NCBI GenBank assembly: GCA_963693365.1
Contig: CAVNZM010000001.1
Location: forward strand, 10,442,161-10,506,160
From: Amoebidium appalachense
Taxonomy: Eukaryota; Protista; Ichthyosporea
Reading direction: 5' to 3'
Length of the DNA stretch: 64,000 nucleotides
Below the pieces are notes generated by a model. The model ran no database searches. It was not told the origin of the DNA and saw only the letters and a list, made by a program, of their open reading frames with translations. This document shows positions 26,001 through 39,359 of the stretch, piece by piece (the first letter of the stretch is position 1; each line of letters begins with the position of its first letter). The position numbers and the translations under genes are program-made.

Positions 26001-27972
26001 AGTGTAAGGGGGGGGGCTCGTGGGATGGGTGGGGAGTAAAATTATGTGCAGTGGCCAGAATAACGTCTTTGTGTAGGGACATGTATTCTGTGGCGCGCGC
26101 GGGCGCCGTAGGTGGCTTGCGAAAATTTGTACTTAGCCCTAGTGACCCGAGCTCCCGAGCTCCGTGTCCCTGTACCCGTGTATCCTAGCTCCTAGCCCCT
26201 ATGTTCTATCTGTGTGTGTGGGTGTGCGCGTAGACTAGGCATTAGGCTTGCAGTCTTTGCGGGGGTGTGTGCCAGAGCAGAGCGGGCACACGTGGGAGAG
26301 GGGGCAGGGCTGCTTAGCGCAGGACCGACCTTAAATGTGGAAATTCATGTAGTGCGTGGCGGGTAGCTCCACCGATCGGGCCGGTGTTGCCAGGCCGGGG
26401 TGCGGGTCGGGGCGGTTGGGGGTTTGTCCCCCGCCGGGCTTGTGGGGCGGTGTGAAGCCATCAAGTCTTAGACCACAGCCGGGCTTGGGGTACTACATGG
26501 GACAGGCCTGAGGGGGGGCTTCAGGGGTAGAGGGGAGAGTGGCTTGGAGGGTCCGTGGTGGTGGGGGCCGCCGGAGGCGCGTCAGTGCCCGCGGGAGCGT
26601 TGGGCAGCTGGTTGCGGAGGTCGCGTAATTTGAAATTCGTTTGGAGGGGCGTCGAGCCTGAGGGTTCTTGCTGCTCGGGGGTTACTGGGAAAGCCGGAAC
26701 AGGGAGGGGAGGAGGGGCTTTGACGGGATTGGTTTTGGGATCAGGCACGACGGAGGCAGGGTCAAAGGCAGGTAAGTCCGGACGGAGAAGGTTAACTGGG
26801 TCGGGCCAGGGGCTTTGGAAACGGGGGCGGGCAGCACGGTAGGCTGGCTGGGCAGAAACGTGGATGGGCAGGCAGCACGGTAGGCTGGCTGGGCAGAAAC
26901 GTGGATGGGAACGACCGGACCTGGCAGCATGTGTAGCTGGCCGGGGTCGGGTGGCAACAGGGGGGGAACAGCTGCAGGGGAACTGGGGCCGTGCAGGGTT
27001 TGGGGTAGCTGAGATCTCGACGAGGCTGGCCTTGTGATCTGAGGAAAAAAAAAAATGCTGCTGGAATGCGGGGCAGACCAATGGAATGTGAGGTATCCAT
27101 CGACAGTGAAGTCATGGTGGGGGGAGACATGGCGGGAAACAGGGTGGGAAAACAGGGAAGGAGGCGGGTTGAACACGGTAAGCTGTTCTGGCAGGGACTT
27201 GGGGTCAGTACTCCTGAACAGTAGGAAAGCACAAGGTGCTTTGACTGGGTTTAACATAAGCGACGCGATTGGAGTACCGTATTTGAATACTCAGAAGGGC
27301 AATCGGGCAAGGACTATGAGCGAGGATAGTCAATGCGGATCGAAGCGGGGTGTGAAATTCTAGGCCATCGGGATTGAAAACGGGGTTTGAAATTAGACGA
27401 GTGGTAGGGACTTAGATCACAGCGGCGCGGCGCGTGAGGGACCATGTCAGGAAATCTTCTTGAAGTGTCGAGGAACTTGTAGGGCGACTAGCCCTAACCG
27501 GGACGGAACTGGCAGGAGTGCAAGCCTAACTTGCGAGGAGGACACGAGGGCAAGCTGAACTTGCAAGGATGGCACGATTGTCAAGGTGTGACAGAAGCTC
27601 GTGTCAAGAGTTGTCACGGAGTGTGAAAAGAAAATGTATAGCCGTAAGGGCTGTAGGTGCTCAACACAGAAGATGTGTTTGTAGCTTGCTGATCTGCTGA
27701 AAACTGTCTTGCTTATATACCTAAGCCTACCGACCTGAGCCAATTGAAAATCGATCCAGTGATATGTGAATCTGAATCGAACCAATCAAAATCGGTCTAG
27801 CGATATGTGGAATCTGATGTTTTGATTAGCTAATAGGTGCCCGTGTGCGAGCGGCCAATCGCGAACTGCTAAAACACGAAACGAAGCCTACATGGTTATG
27901 TCAATATCGAACACCCATCCTACGTGTTTACCCAGAAAAATATTTATGTCAATAAATTCCACAAATAAAACC
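23049..27972 (-). mobile_element. YR element copy 4, divergent subfamily with frameshifted YR, RT remnants and an internal triplication
   Basis: Same A/B/C termini. YR is broken (23730-24720) and RT fragments lie at 24841-24985. Confidence 0.92.
25159..26220. repeat. Three tandem copies of a ~355-bp internal segment of copy 4
   Basis: GGGCAGCTGGGCCCGAG recurs at 25159, 25510 and 25869; the segment is single-copy in elements 1-3. Confidence 0.9.
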
Positions 27973-28437
27973 TAAATAAGATTAGGAGTTTCGCGTGTAG
28001 TCTCTGAGGATCCTACTAGCAGATGTTGCATCTGTTTTGGTTTCCTGCGCATGTGTTCCATGTGTATAAGAGTATTACAGTAAACATACTTACGTGTCCT
28101 TATACCTGTTACTTCGAGTGTCACTCGTCTTTAGAAACTATCCGCGCATATAGCAAAATTATTACAAGAGTATTACTACTCTCTATGGCATTCCCTAAAC
28201 CCTAAATTTATAGAGTATCCAATTGAGCTAAATGATCTCAATTAAATTTGGTACGTGCTCGATTCATACTATTTTTTAATACTTTGATAACCTTCATATA
28301 TTTTTCTATATCGTGAAGAGGAATTAGGAATAAAAATATGTCCATCCCCTTCAAATAAACCAGCTAAATAAGATCCTAATTGGCTAGTACGTTAGTATGA
28401 ACGAGTTGAATACACCCTATTAGAGTTTAATAATTTA

Positions 28438-28583
28438 GCCATATCTGGTGCACCGATTAAGATAGGTAATAATCAGTTACCAAATCCACCTAATAATACA
28501 GGCATTACCATGAAGAAAATCATTAAGAATGCGTGCGCTGTGATGATCACATTATACATATGATTGTCTCCAAGTACCGTATC
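28438..28583 (-). CDS. cox1: cox1 exon 1, 5'-truncated ([28 protein letters not shown]...[18 protein letters not shown])
   Basis: [14 protein letters not shown] and GAPDMA motifs; the first ~45 codons are absent. Confidence 0.96.
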
Positions 28584-28584
28584 G

Positions 28585-28749
28585 CGGGGCGAAGACTTCC
28601 CCCGTTTTTTGGGCACAAGGACCTCACGGATCAATAAATTGATGACTGGGGGCTTGCCGTCACGGTGGTTTACAACCATTGCAGGTTCACTTTCGTCCAA
28701 GGGGACGTCCCCCTAGAGGCAACACACGTCCCGGAGTAGTTTTCATAGA
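28585..28749 (+). mobile_element. Right part of the solo A-C-B unit (rest of C plus B)
   Basis: Resumes C at CGGGGCGAAGAC about 22 bp beyond where 1319 stops; ends TTTTCATAGA. Confidence 0.92.
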
Positions 28750-30800
28750 GCGGGTGATATGTGCTCGTGAAATTTATGGGCTAATTCGTGTAAGCGTTGT
28801 GATGGTAGTGTGAGTGCGTAGAGAGAATCAAAAAGGCGTCTAGGGATAGGTGTGGAAACTTGAAGACCAGTGAGAAACGTACACCAAGTTGTGTAGTGGA
28901 AATCATCTAATGATATGAGGACATAACAGTATCAGGGGGTGCCATAGCTAGTAAGGGCAACCCGTATTCAGACAAAGGGCGAATATATGTGCGAAATATC
29001 CTAAGACGATTGTATAGGTGGACAGTATGAGAAAGAGTAGCAAGATACCCATCCCTAAATAACCAAAGACACCTTCCTGCACTCTCCACCCGACGGTCGA
29101 TCATCCGTTTGAAAAACATATGCCCAATTTGTCCACCGGAATCCCCAAATACTTGTATTCGATTGGGCGAGGGAGGGGACTGCCGAAAATACAAACGTCG
29201 TCCCATGCCGGTATCGATTTTGATAAAAGGGCACACTTTTTGACATTAACCTTCATATCGTTGCGCTGGCACCAATGTTCAACCACACGAATGTATTGCC
29301 GTAGTTCGATAGGATCGGATGACATAAGCAAATTATCGTCGGCAAAAAAGAGGACGGGGGGAGCCTGGGATGGCAACCCCCCGTCAATTTGTGCCGCGGA
29401 AAGAGCGTCGGCTAAATCATCAATAGACAGGTTGAAAAGAAGAGGGCTTAGCAGGGACCCTTGAAGTACCCCGCGCGTGCGGGTAAACCCTGGGGATAGC
29501 CGCCCATTAACCACCCCTCGTCCGCGTGTAAACGTAAACATAGCTTCCAGTAGCCGACCCATTTGGAATGGGACACCGCGAGTGGCCAACTTGGCCCACA
29601 GGCGAGGGAGGTCGACCGTGCCGTACACGTTCTTAAAATCGATAAATACGAGGCGCTCGGTATCACTTTGAGTTGCATTATGTAGAGTGAGGATTTGTGC
29701 GTAACATGAGTGTCGATGCCAAAACGCCGCCTGAAGAGGGCTCAGCTGGGAAGCCTGCTTAAGGGTGAGGTTACGGGAAAGGGCCTGTAAAAGGCCACTT
29801 TCGAATAATCGGCGAAAAACAGACGTAAGGGTGATAGGGCGAAATTCGTGAATGGGACCCCGTGCAACCGTTTTCTTGATGGGAGACACTATGGTGGCTA
29901 GCTGGCACTCCGAGGGCACTTTACCAACATCAGAATACCAGCTAAACAATTCGCTAAGAATACATGTAAGTGGTGGCGGCGGGCCACGCTTTTCGTCTTT
30001 CTCGGGTCGGGGTGGGATGAGCACCTTAAGTAGTGCCATAGGGATGCCGTCCGGCCCGCACGCTTTGCGGGATGGGTAACGGGAGACTAACTGCCATACC
30101 GCATCTGGGGTAAAAAGTCCCCCCAGTTCAGCCCCAAACTCAGCCGGCCCCGCTGGCCACGCCGTGTGTGGGGGTGGTGGTGTGTCGGAGGGTGGAACAA
30201 AAACAGGAGGAGGCGCCTGCCCCAGGTCCGTGGCCGTACATGTCGGGTTACGTTTAAACAGGGTGACACACAGGGTGCCGTAAAAGGAATCGGTTGCAGT
30301 TTCCGGGTCGGATGACGGGTCGGCCGTTATTCGAATCGAATGGTTGCCGCGATCAATCTTCCGAATATTACCCAATAGCATGTGATACGGTAGAGGCTTA
30401 CGTAAGGCAGCCTCCGCTCGAGGGCCGCGAGTGTGTGTAGTTCGTGCTTGAGGGTAAACTTGGGCACCTAAACAGGCATATTCACCTATGTCCCACAAGG
30501 TTTCTCGTACTGTAGACCAGACGCTATCGATGAAGGTCTGGTCGGTGCGTAGCGGGGTTTGGCGCCCATCACGCACAAGCGATAATAGACTCGGTTGCAC
30601 CGTCTGGAAAAAGAAGCGAGTGTCTGCTTGGCCGCGCTGGCTTTTAAGTTCGCGTACGTTAAGTCTGTAAGTGTGTTGTGGTGACGGCGTAGAAAGGCTA
30701 AGTGTAGTGCGAAAGACTATAGGTAGGTGGTCTGACGGTGGTGGGTGTAGGTTGTGGTGTACGTGTAAGGTGCAAGGACCAAAGGCTGCCCCCCAGTCTG
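28750..30800 (-). mobile_element. Degenerate non-LTR retrotransposon (LINE), RT ORF 29101-30600
   Basis: KACGPDGIP, FRPITLTSVFRRLFE, FIDFKNVY, GVLQGSLLSPLLFNL, FFADD, YKYLGI; frameshifted tail IFRTYIRPLSEYG. Confidence 0.92.
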
Positions 30801-32190
30801 TGCGGTGTTCTTGTACTACAGATGGAAGAGTAAGGCGTAAGGCTGTAACAAAAGTGTGAAAGGTTGGCGTGCGTGGGTGGTTGGGTTTAATTGATGTATA
30901 TTACGTGGTCAGGGGGGATCCGCCTATATGGCGCATATACATTACAGTTTACGGTGATTCTACCGAGAGCGGTGTGCCAGATCGGAAAATAATCGGAATA
31001 TATATCGAAAATGTACACGTGCATCCATTCCGCATCGGAATGCCAAGCGATATATTTGCGTAAAATAAATAGCCGTCTTCGGTTACTATAATGCTCCATT
31101 TATGGTTATCTAATGCAAAATTCCATTAGCCGCGTACCCATCCGATCGATCAAAGTCGCCAAACCAAGGCCCAATCAAAACGGCTGAAATCTTCTGACTT
31201 ATTTCACGAGTCAGATCCATTTATATTTGCTTCTTACGGGCGGTTAGTGTTGAAATGGAGAAAAAAGTAAGCTCGGTGCCGGGCGGCCAAGGTAAAATAT
31301 GTCGCTTTGAGGTAGATTACGGGCGTACTTGTAGGCTTCCGCTTTTTCACTTATTTTACCCCCGCGCAACTTACATTTCCATTTCATTATCCCCTTGGGG
31401 GCCCCACTCCCCCCCTTTGCCCTGCCCCCCTCCCTCCCCCCCCCCCCCCCCTTTTTTTTTGGGGCTGGGCGCATGAATTTACCCCAACCCCAACCGACCC
31501 CAACCCCATTCCACCGCTCCCACTAACGCACACATACACATTACCGGTGCGTACATATATGAGTATACACGATTGTGCGTGCCGTCTTTGGTAAGTTAGC
31601 AAGCAGTTACTGTATACATGTGCACCAACTCTCACAAGCACAAAGAAGACGTGATGTCATTTTATCTTCACCGTTTTCCCTATGGCAATAGTATTACGGA
31701 TACATTCATGATATGCGGAGCCAACTTTGTGAGAGAATTTAATATACACAGCCGCAAACTCTTAGTATACATCAATGACATGTCATATTGGCAATATCAG
31801 TAGCCTACATAATATATATAATGATGGGAATAGTATCTGGGGAGAGGGATAATCATCAGTGTGTATACGTAGAGCCTCCCCCTATCACCTGCTTTTGAAC
31901 ACATACAGACTCTTGTCCCCTGTGCGCGTCACGTTCTTCAAGTTGCGTGACCTGTATAGGTTGGGAAAGCTCAAACCTTATTCGATTGAATGTTCCTACC
32001 CATGATGAATAATTTTTTAACGGTTGTGTTGTTAACTTTCAGCCAATCGAAGTCCTTTTTGCTTTGTACGAGGGGGGAACTACTAGTAGATAACATGGCT
32101 TGGCTCCCACACGGATTCGTAAAAGAACGCAGCAACGGCTGAAGTTGTACTTGTACCCACACACACCCCGTACACACACGTGCACACCGT

Positions 32191-32258
<68 letters not shown>

Positions 32259-32364
32259 CACACACACACACAGAGACACACACTGACACACATGTGTACA
32301 CCGTGTGGACACACACACACCGTGACATACACACTGTTTTACACGCACGCACACACAACACACG

Positions 32365-33096
32365 CAATCCGAGGCTTCTCCCTCCGCCTCTACTATACTC
32401 AGGCTCTTTCACTTTCCTTCTCTCTCTCAGATCTCTCTCGATCGCTCCCTCCATTTCAGCTCCGCGGATGTCCCTGATGAGCTGGTTGAAGGACGGGTAA
32501 GCCTTGTTGTTCATCCAGTAGTCGGAGCAGAGACGTTCAATGTCGGTGCAGACCAGGGCGGTGTTCTTGCGGAGGTGAAGGAAGAACTTGCGTACGACAT
32601 CCTTGTGCTGGACGGGCTCGTCGAGGCAGGCAAGTGTCGTAGCCAGACGTTGGAGGCGGGTGAGGTACGCTGTGACGTTGGGGTAGTCCCGTAGTTCAAG
32701 CTCCTCGTAGGTGACTTGAATCTGGGTGACGCGGGCCTCCTTCTCTGCCACATAAGCCGTACGCAGGTTGTGGAAGACTTCTCCACCGTGAACACCGTCT
32801 TGCATCCGGCCGGAGTCGTAGAGCTCTGTCGGATGGACGGACTGGTTGAGGATCTGGTCGAGGACGTCGGAAGCTTTCTTGTAGGAGTCCTTGGTGCCGT
32901 AGCCTAGCCACTGGTTGGCATCAGTGCCGTCAACCCACTGTGGCCTCTTGATAGCGTCAACGAATTTCTCGGCAATGGTGGTTCTGATGAACCGGTGGAT
33001 GAGTGGCTCCCACTCGAAATAGTTGAGACGTTTCTCATCTCTTTTCTCGGACGGGTTCCATATTGGAAGGTTGATGTACGACGGTTTGTCAGTCAT
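32365..33096 (-). pseudogene. Ty1/copia gag, truncated at a CA microsatellite
   Basis: Helical gag-like ORF (VTAYLTRLQRLATTL) downstream of an LTR and PBS; similar to the gag at 52811. Confidence 0.75.
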
Positions 33097-33171
33097 GGTT
33101 GAAGCAGTAAGACGTAGGAATTTCGCGGTTGTAACGAAATTGTGTGTTAGCGTGCAAAGGGGCCGTAAACC

Positions 33172-33969
33172 TGTTGTTTTGTGTGGGTAAACGGGAAAGC
33201 AGAGTGCACAGATGGGTGTTATGTTATACACAACACAGAGACACACGAGAGAAACACAACCGGAGAGGTGGAACGATTACTGGGGCCATAGGAAATGATT
33301 CGACTGCTTCATATTTATTCCAAGATGAAGTTCCTTTTATACTTAGGAATGTGAAATCGATAAACCAATCAAAAGAACGAAAACTCTATTTTCCAATTAG
33401 AAAGACGAAAACTATGAGTGTAAAATAAATCGATCGAAATGCCTGTCGACACATAGACGATAAAACACAATCCTCTAATGAAAGAAATCTTCTAATAAAA
33501 CTACGGAAACATTTAACAAAATGAAACCACTTATAGTAACTATTAGTTCACATCATACATTTATACATGTTCTGAACATAACACGTCTAAATATAAGTAT
33601 TCCTAATAGTTGGAGTACATAGAACAATGCTACGTCGTGAGAAAAGAAGGAAAGGGAATGAGGATAGAAAGGAATGGAATGGGAAAGGAACGGAATAGAA
33701 TTAATGAGGGATGTGAGTTACTATATTTGGGAAAATACAATGAGATCTGATTGGATGACATATTTAGATATTGACACAAACGACAATACGTGTGCGCAGG
33801 CTAAATATCTCGATGTGTACACAGATCTAAGATATCGGTGTACACGGAAACAGAAAGGAAAGAAAGAAAGGAGGAAAGGAAAAGGGAAAAGGAAACAAAC
33901 TACAACAAACTAATAAACATATATAAAACTCAACTTCTAAGTCTTGCCGATAATCATGGGAAGATGACA
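33172..33969 (-). mobile_element. 5' LTR of a copia element
   Basis: TG...CA ends; followed on the minus strand by PBS-like GGTTTACGGCCC; homologous to 37907-38643. Confidence 0.85.
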
Positions 33970-35089
33970 CTCAGCGCTGTCCTCCGGGGCCATGGCCATT
34001 GGACTGTAGTGTACATACCGTCCCAGGTGCAATTTTTGGTGTACAGGGACATGCGGCGGCCGCGGCTGCCAGTTGTTATCCACCCGGAATTTGAGCCGGA
34101 ATTTGTGAAGGAATGCAATGCAAAATTGCCACTTCTGTTCTATATAATAGTCTCGATTTTGAGTTCCCTGGTTCGAACTTTTTTTGCCTCTCCTGAGATT
34201 TCAAAAATCATCAACTTCCTTTCTACCTTACTGGTGACAATTAATCATCCTCCACCCAGGACAAATTTCATTGCGTACCTAAACAACGAGTCTGGCGCTT
34301 TCTTATAAATTTATAGGTCGGCATGCGTTCACTGCGACATAGTTTAACTCTAGAACTCGTTAAGAGCAACACTTTTGATTGGTGAACGATAAATGTGGGT
34401 ATACAGTAGTCGACTTCTGAATAGTGGGTATAGTCGTCTTCTGAATAATAGCGTTGATCGCCTGGTATTAGTCTATCGCATTTCTACACAAATGATTTGT
34501 AAATGTTTTGTGAAAATAGCCTGTTACAATAGTGCATGTTAAGTCAGTGTGATCGTGATGATGGCCATAGTCATTATGTTTTTCTGGCCATTTTATATTA
34601 TATTAAATTTAGTAATTATGTTTTTCAGTGATGTTCTTTAAATCTTCCTATATGTCTCACCGGTATTTGAACTGCGTGACTTTTAATGTTTAGCTCCAAC
34701 CAAAGCGCAGCCATTCCATTTGTTCAAGCTTTGAAATTTTCATGGACTCGCCCGCGTTCACCCGGCGGTCGGGAACAGCTATAGCGCCCCTTGCCAACTA
34801 TGCGTGTACTCTTCACCCGGCGGCCGGCCCAAACCAACACGCTCGGCCAATACAGGTGTACATATCATAATGCACTGGACGCTGCATGCACTGCGCAGGC
34901 CTGCTTGTGTCGTAGAATTGAAACTTGCAATCCAAGGGTACAAGTCGAGGTCTAACTCGGAGCGGATTCAATAGTAGTACATATGCATATTGCAAGACTA
35001 GCACCGTGACCAATCGAGGCGTCGTGGCAACCTGGCACGGCAATACCTACAGCAGAGTACACCAGTGGTGGTATGTGGCAGACATGCAT

Positions 35090-35132
35090 ATTATGTGTGT
35101 GTGTGTGTGTGTGTGTGTCTGTGTGTCTGTCT

Positions 35133-35166
<34 letters not shown>

Positions 35167-35278
35167 CTATGACGTGTGCGTGTGTATGTGTGTGTATGTG
35201 TGCACAGTGTATGTGTGTGTCACGGTGTGTGTGTGTGTGTGTGTGTGCCAGCATACATTGCCTTGTGTAGGAGTGTGT

Positions 35279-35344
<66 letters not shown>

Positions 35345-35895
35345 CTATGACGTGTGCGTTACGATGTGCGTGTATGTGTGCACAGTGTATGCGTGTGTCA
35401 CGGTGTGTGTGTGTGTGTGTGTGTGTGTGCCAGGCTATAAGTTGTTGTTTAGTCCACGTGTACATAATGTGTGGGTGCGCGCCACGTGCAGTGCCACGGT
35501 GTGTGTTCATGGCCATGTGTGTGTGAGTGACGTGTGTGCACATGTAATGACGGTGCCGTTGTGTCAAAGTGAACTTACTAATGTTATGCTCTGTGTGTGT
35601 CATCAACGGATGAGTGTGTATGTCTGCCTTTTTTATAACGCAGTGTCAGACATATATATACAGCACATGCCAAGCTTGAGTGTATGCATGTGAACGTCTG
35701 TGCCGGTGTCACAGTGAGCCTGAATGTACCACAGTGTGCGCTTGTGCATATGCCTGTCTGTGTATGCCATGTATAGATTACTCAACGGTGTGTGTATGTG
35801 TGTGTAATATTGTCAGAGCCACACTGAGTCAGACGGTGCACAGATATTGTGTATGCACTACGTGTCTTGAAGTCGGCCCATGCGCGCGCGAGTGT

Positions 35896-35936
<41 letters not shown>

Positions 35937-35940
35937 CAAG
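35090..35940. repeat. GT-rich microsatellite field with an internal ~200-bp duplication
   Basis: GCGTCTATGACGTGTGCG...CACGGTGTGT..GCCAG occurs twice (about 35160 and 35340). Confidence 0.85.
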
Positions 35941-37906
35941 TGTTTGAGCAGTGCAGAGGAAGTAAGTTGCTATTCAAATGAAATGCAGAGCATTCATCAT
36001 GACTCAGCCCTTCTTCAAATTCCCCTCCCGTTCCTTCCTCCAGGTTTAACGGGTGCGGCAGAGCTCCAGGCATTCAGCCGAGGGTGGCAGGGGCCCGAGC
36101 TTACTATCTCCATGGGGAGGCCGACATAGGCCTTTCGAAGTGGGCACATACCGTCAAAGTCTTGAGCTGTCATTCAAGTGACTGATGACACTTAAACTTG
36201 ATACTTGAAAAGCGGCACCAATCGATCTTTTACTATGGCCTCTAACGGCCATCACTCCACCGGACTGGCGACTCAGCTGTGCAGAGCAGTCCTGGGTCTG
36301 TCTGTGCTGGCCCACCTGTGTACAGCCTCAGGTGAGTTGAGATGTTTGAAACACGAGAATCTGTAAAAAGAATGCACCTTGTTACTGTAATACACCACTC
36401 ATTCTTGAAAATTTGTGTCAGTGTGTTTGGAATTCATCTTAACGGCTTCCCCCACCACTCAGTCTCAGTCTGAGCTCGACACAGTTTTAGGAGTCCCAGT
36501 GCCTCCCCCTCCCCCCCCCCCCCCCCCCCCCCCCGGGTGCTGTTTCTCTATATTTCTCAGCCCTTTCTTCCAACTGCCATTAAGTTTGAACAGAAAAAAA
36601 CAATATTTTGAGCAAAAATTGTCATTGTGCAGATTTAACCTAGCTTGCTACGAAGTCTTGGTGCTTGGATGGGAAGATTGCAGGGTTAAACAATTCTCAC
36701 GTCTGATAATCCAGTTGCACATATTTACTCATTCATTCATTCATTTACTTATTTATTTATTTACTTTTATTTTGATCCGGAGGGGGCGAGGGAAGGGAAG
36801 GGGAGGGGGGGGGGGGGGAGGGGGGAGGGGGGGGGGGAGGGTCCAAAACCCATGTATCTGAACTAAGGCTTACTCACTAACTTGAAACCTGTACGGTGAC
36901 ACAGCTGTGGAGAATACACCTGTTAACATAGTACCTTCCCACCCGGAATTCCATCACCGTGCAAGACGCCAGTTTCTAGGAAATGCAACAACAATTAATC
37001 CAGGCGATCGTAGGTATCCCCATTCAATTATAACCCGCCGGGTGAGTTAGTATCAGAATTCACAGTAACCTTGGAGGAATGGGCGGACAGATTTTGTCGA
37101 GTGCTTTCGAAATGAAGGTGTGTGCCCCCAGTTTTTAAACCTTTGAATTGCGTTAAACAAAAGGGAGTGGCTGCGGCCGTCACAGATACGTAGTGTGTAT
37201 CAGATGCTGGGCTCAGTACTTATTATATGATAGGTTTCAACTCCCAGCGTGCATGGTTGCCTGATTTGTTTAATTCTCAAGGTGTGGGACCCACCACCAG
37301 CTGCCAAAATTTTCACGGTTAAGGTGTGCCGGGTATTTCATGCTCCGGCTCTTGTTAGTGCATCTGATTTTGCGGTGACAGGCAGGGAGTAGGCAGGCTG
37401 AAGCTCCTTGCCTTTGCCCCCCCCTCCCCCTCCTCCCTTCCCTCCCTCCGGAGCCCGGCCCCGAGAATGGGTTCTGCTTGTGTTGCATCTTGGCTAGTTG
37501 CACACATCTCCGTAATGTGCTGCTCTCCCTCTTTTGTTCTGTGTGCATACACTCTGTGTTTTTTGTGTTGCACCATGTCCGTTATGTGTGTTGTAACCGC
37601 ATTCAACCCCCCCCCCCCCCCCCCCCCATCCCCCCCCCCCCCCCCCCCCGGGGGGGGGGGGGGGGGGGGGAGGAGAATCGCACACATATCACACACACAC
37701 ACACACACGGCCACACACACTGTGTGGCACCGTGATGCAAACACACCCATGTGTTTGCCCTTTCTCACCATATATGCCCACGAATACACACTTTTTACAA
37801 CACTCCACCAGCAGCGCTGCTACCGGGCACATATACCCTCAGCATGTGTATTCTGCGCCACGCTCACCCATACTTACATCTCTTTTATCATACGCAATGC
37901 TCTTAC

Positions 37907-38643
37907 TGTTATTTTGTGTGGGTAAACGGAGAAGCAGAGAGCACAGATGGGTGTTATGATATACACAACACAGAGACACACGGGAAAAACACAACCGGAG
38001 AGGTGGAACGATTTCTGGAACCATAGGAAATGAATACGACTGCTTTAGATTTATTCCAAGATGAAGTCCCTTTTATACTTGGGAATGTGAAAACGATAAA
38101 CCAATCAAAAGAACGAAAACTCTATTTTCCAATCAAAAGGACGAAAACTATGAGTGTAAAATATATCGATTAAAATGTCTGTCGACACATAGAATATAAA
38201 ACTCAATCCTCTAATGAAAGAAACTTCTAATAAAAGCACGGAAACATTTAACAAAATGAAACCACTTATGTAACTATTAATTCATAACATACATTTATAC
38301 ATGTTCTTATCATAACACGTCTAAATATAATTATTCCTAATAGTTGGAGAACATAGCACAATGCTATGTCGTGAGAAAGGAATGAGAAAGGAATGTAAGT
38401 TACTATATTTGGGAAAATACAAACGAGATATGATTGGATGACATATATAGATTTTGACACAAACGACAATACGTGTGCGCGAGCTAAGTATGTCGATACG
38501 TACACAGATCTAAGATGTCGTGTACACGGAAACAGAAAGGAAAGAAAGAAATGAAGAAAGGAAAAGGAAACAAACTACAACAACTAATAAACAAATACAA
38601 AACTCAACTTCTAAGTCTTGCTGAGAATCAAGTGAAGATGACA
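37907..38643 (-). mobile_element. 3' LTR of a copia element
   Basis: Preceded on the minus strand by PPT TTGAGTGGGGA, then TGTCATC; ends AACA. Confidence 0.85.
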
Positions 38644-39319
38644 TCCCCACTCAAGGGTTGGAAGTTGGGTTCTCGTGAAGTTTGTTGATGTGACTGTTGA
38701 TGTTAAGACTCTCACACATGTAGAAGCAGGTGCCGTGAAGTCACAGTCAAGTTTCCCCACTCGAGAAGACAATGGAGAAGACTTGAAGGTGCAAGCCGGG
38801 GAAGAAAACCAAAACGGAAGAAGCACACAACGACGGTTGCCTCTGAAGACTCGGAAGATGACGGTATATAAATATATATAGAAGAAAACAACTAGTGTAT
38901 GTGTGACGTGTTGGTGGCTAATGATTTATACTGGGGACCACCCAGATAAATACAAGGCATGAACATCCTGTGGACTGATTTATAAGTCACTGTTGGTCAA
39001 CCAGTTAAGACACGGGGAATGAGCATCCCGAGGACTAGGTTTAGACTGGCAGTCAACCAGCACGCCATGGCTATAGATAATTATTTATACTGGGACGCCA
39101 TCCCAGTTCGACAGATATATAAGTCGAATATAAATGAAAACCAATATATATGATGGTATATAAATAAACGACGGATGGTGGAGAAGAAGTCCCCACTGAA
39201 GATGCACACACTGAAGATCGATGGAGACAGCAGTAGACTTTCGTTGGGAGGTGTCTCTACACGGTGATGTGTAGACCACTGGCCAGTGCCCCAACCTACT
39301 TGAAGACCACTGTAGATGA

Positions 39320-39354
<35 letters not shown>

Positions 39355-39359
39355 GCACA

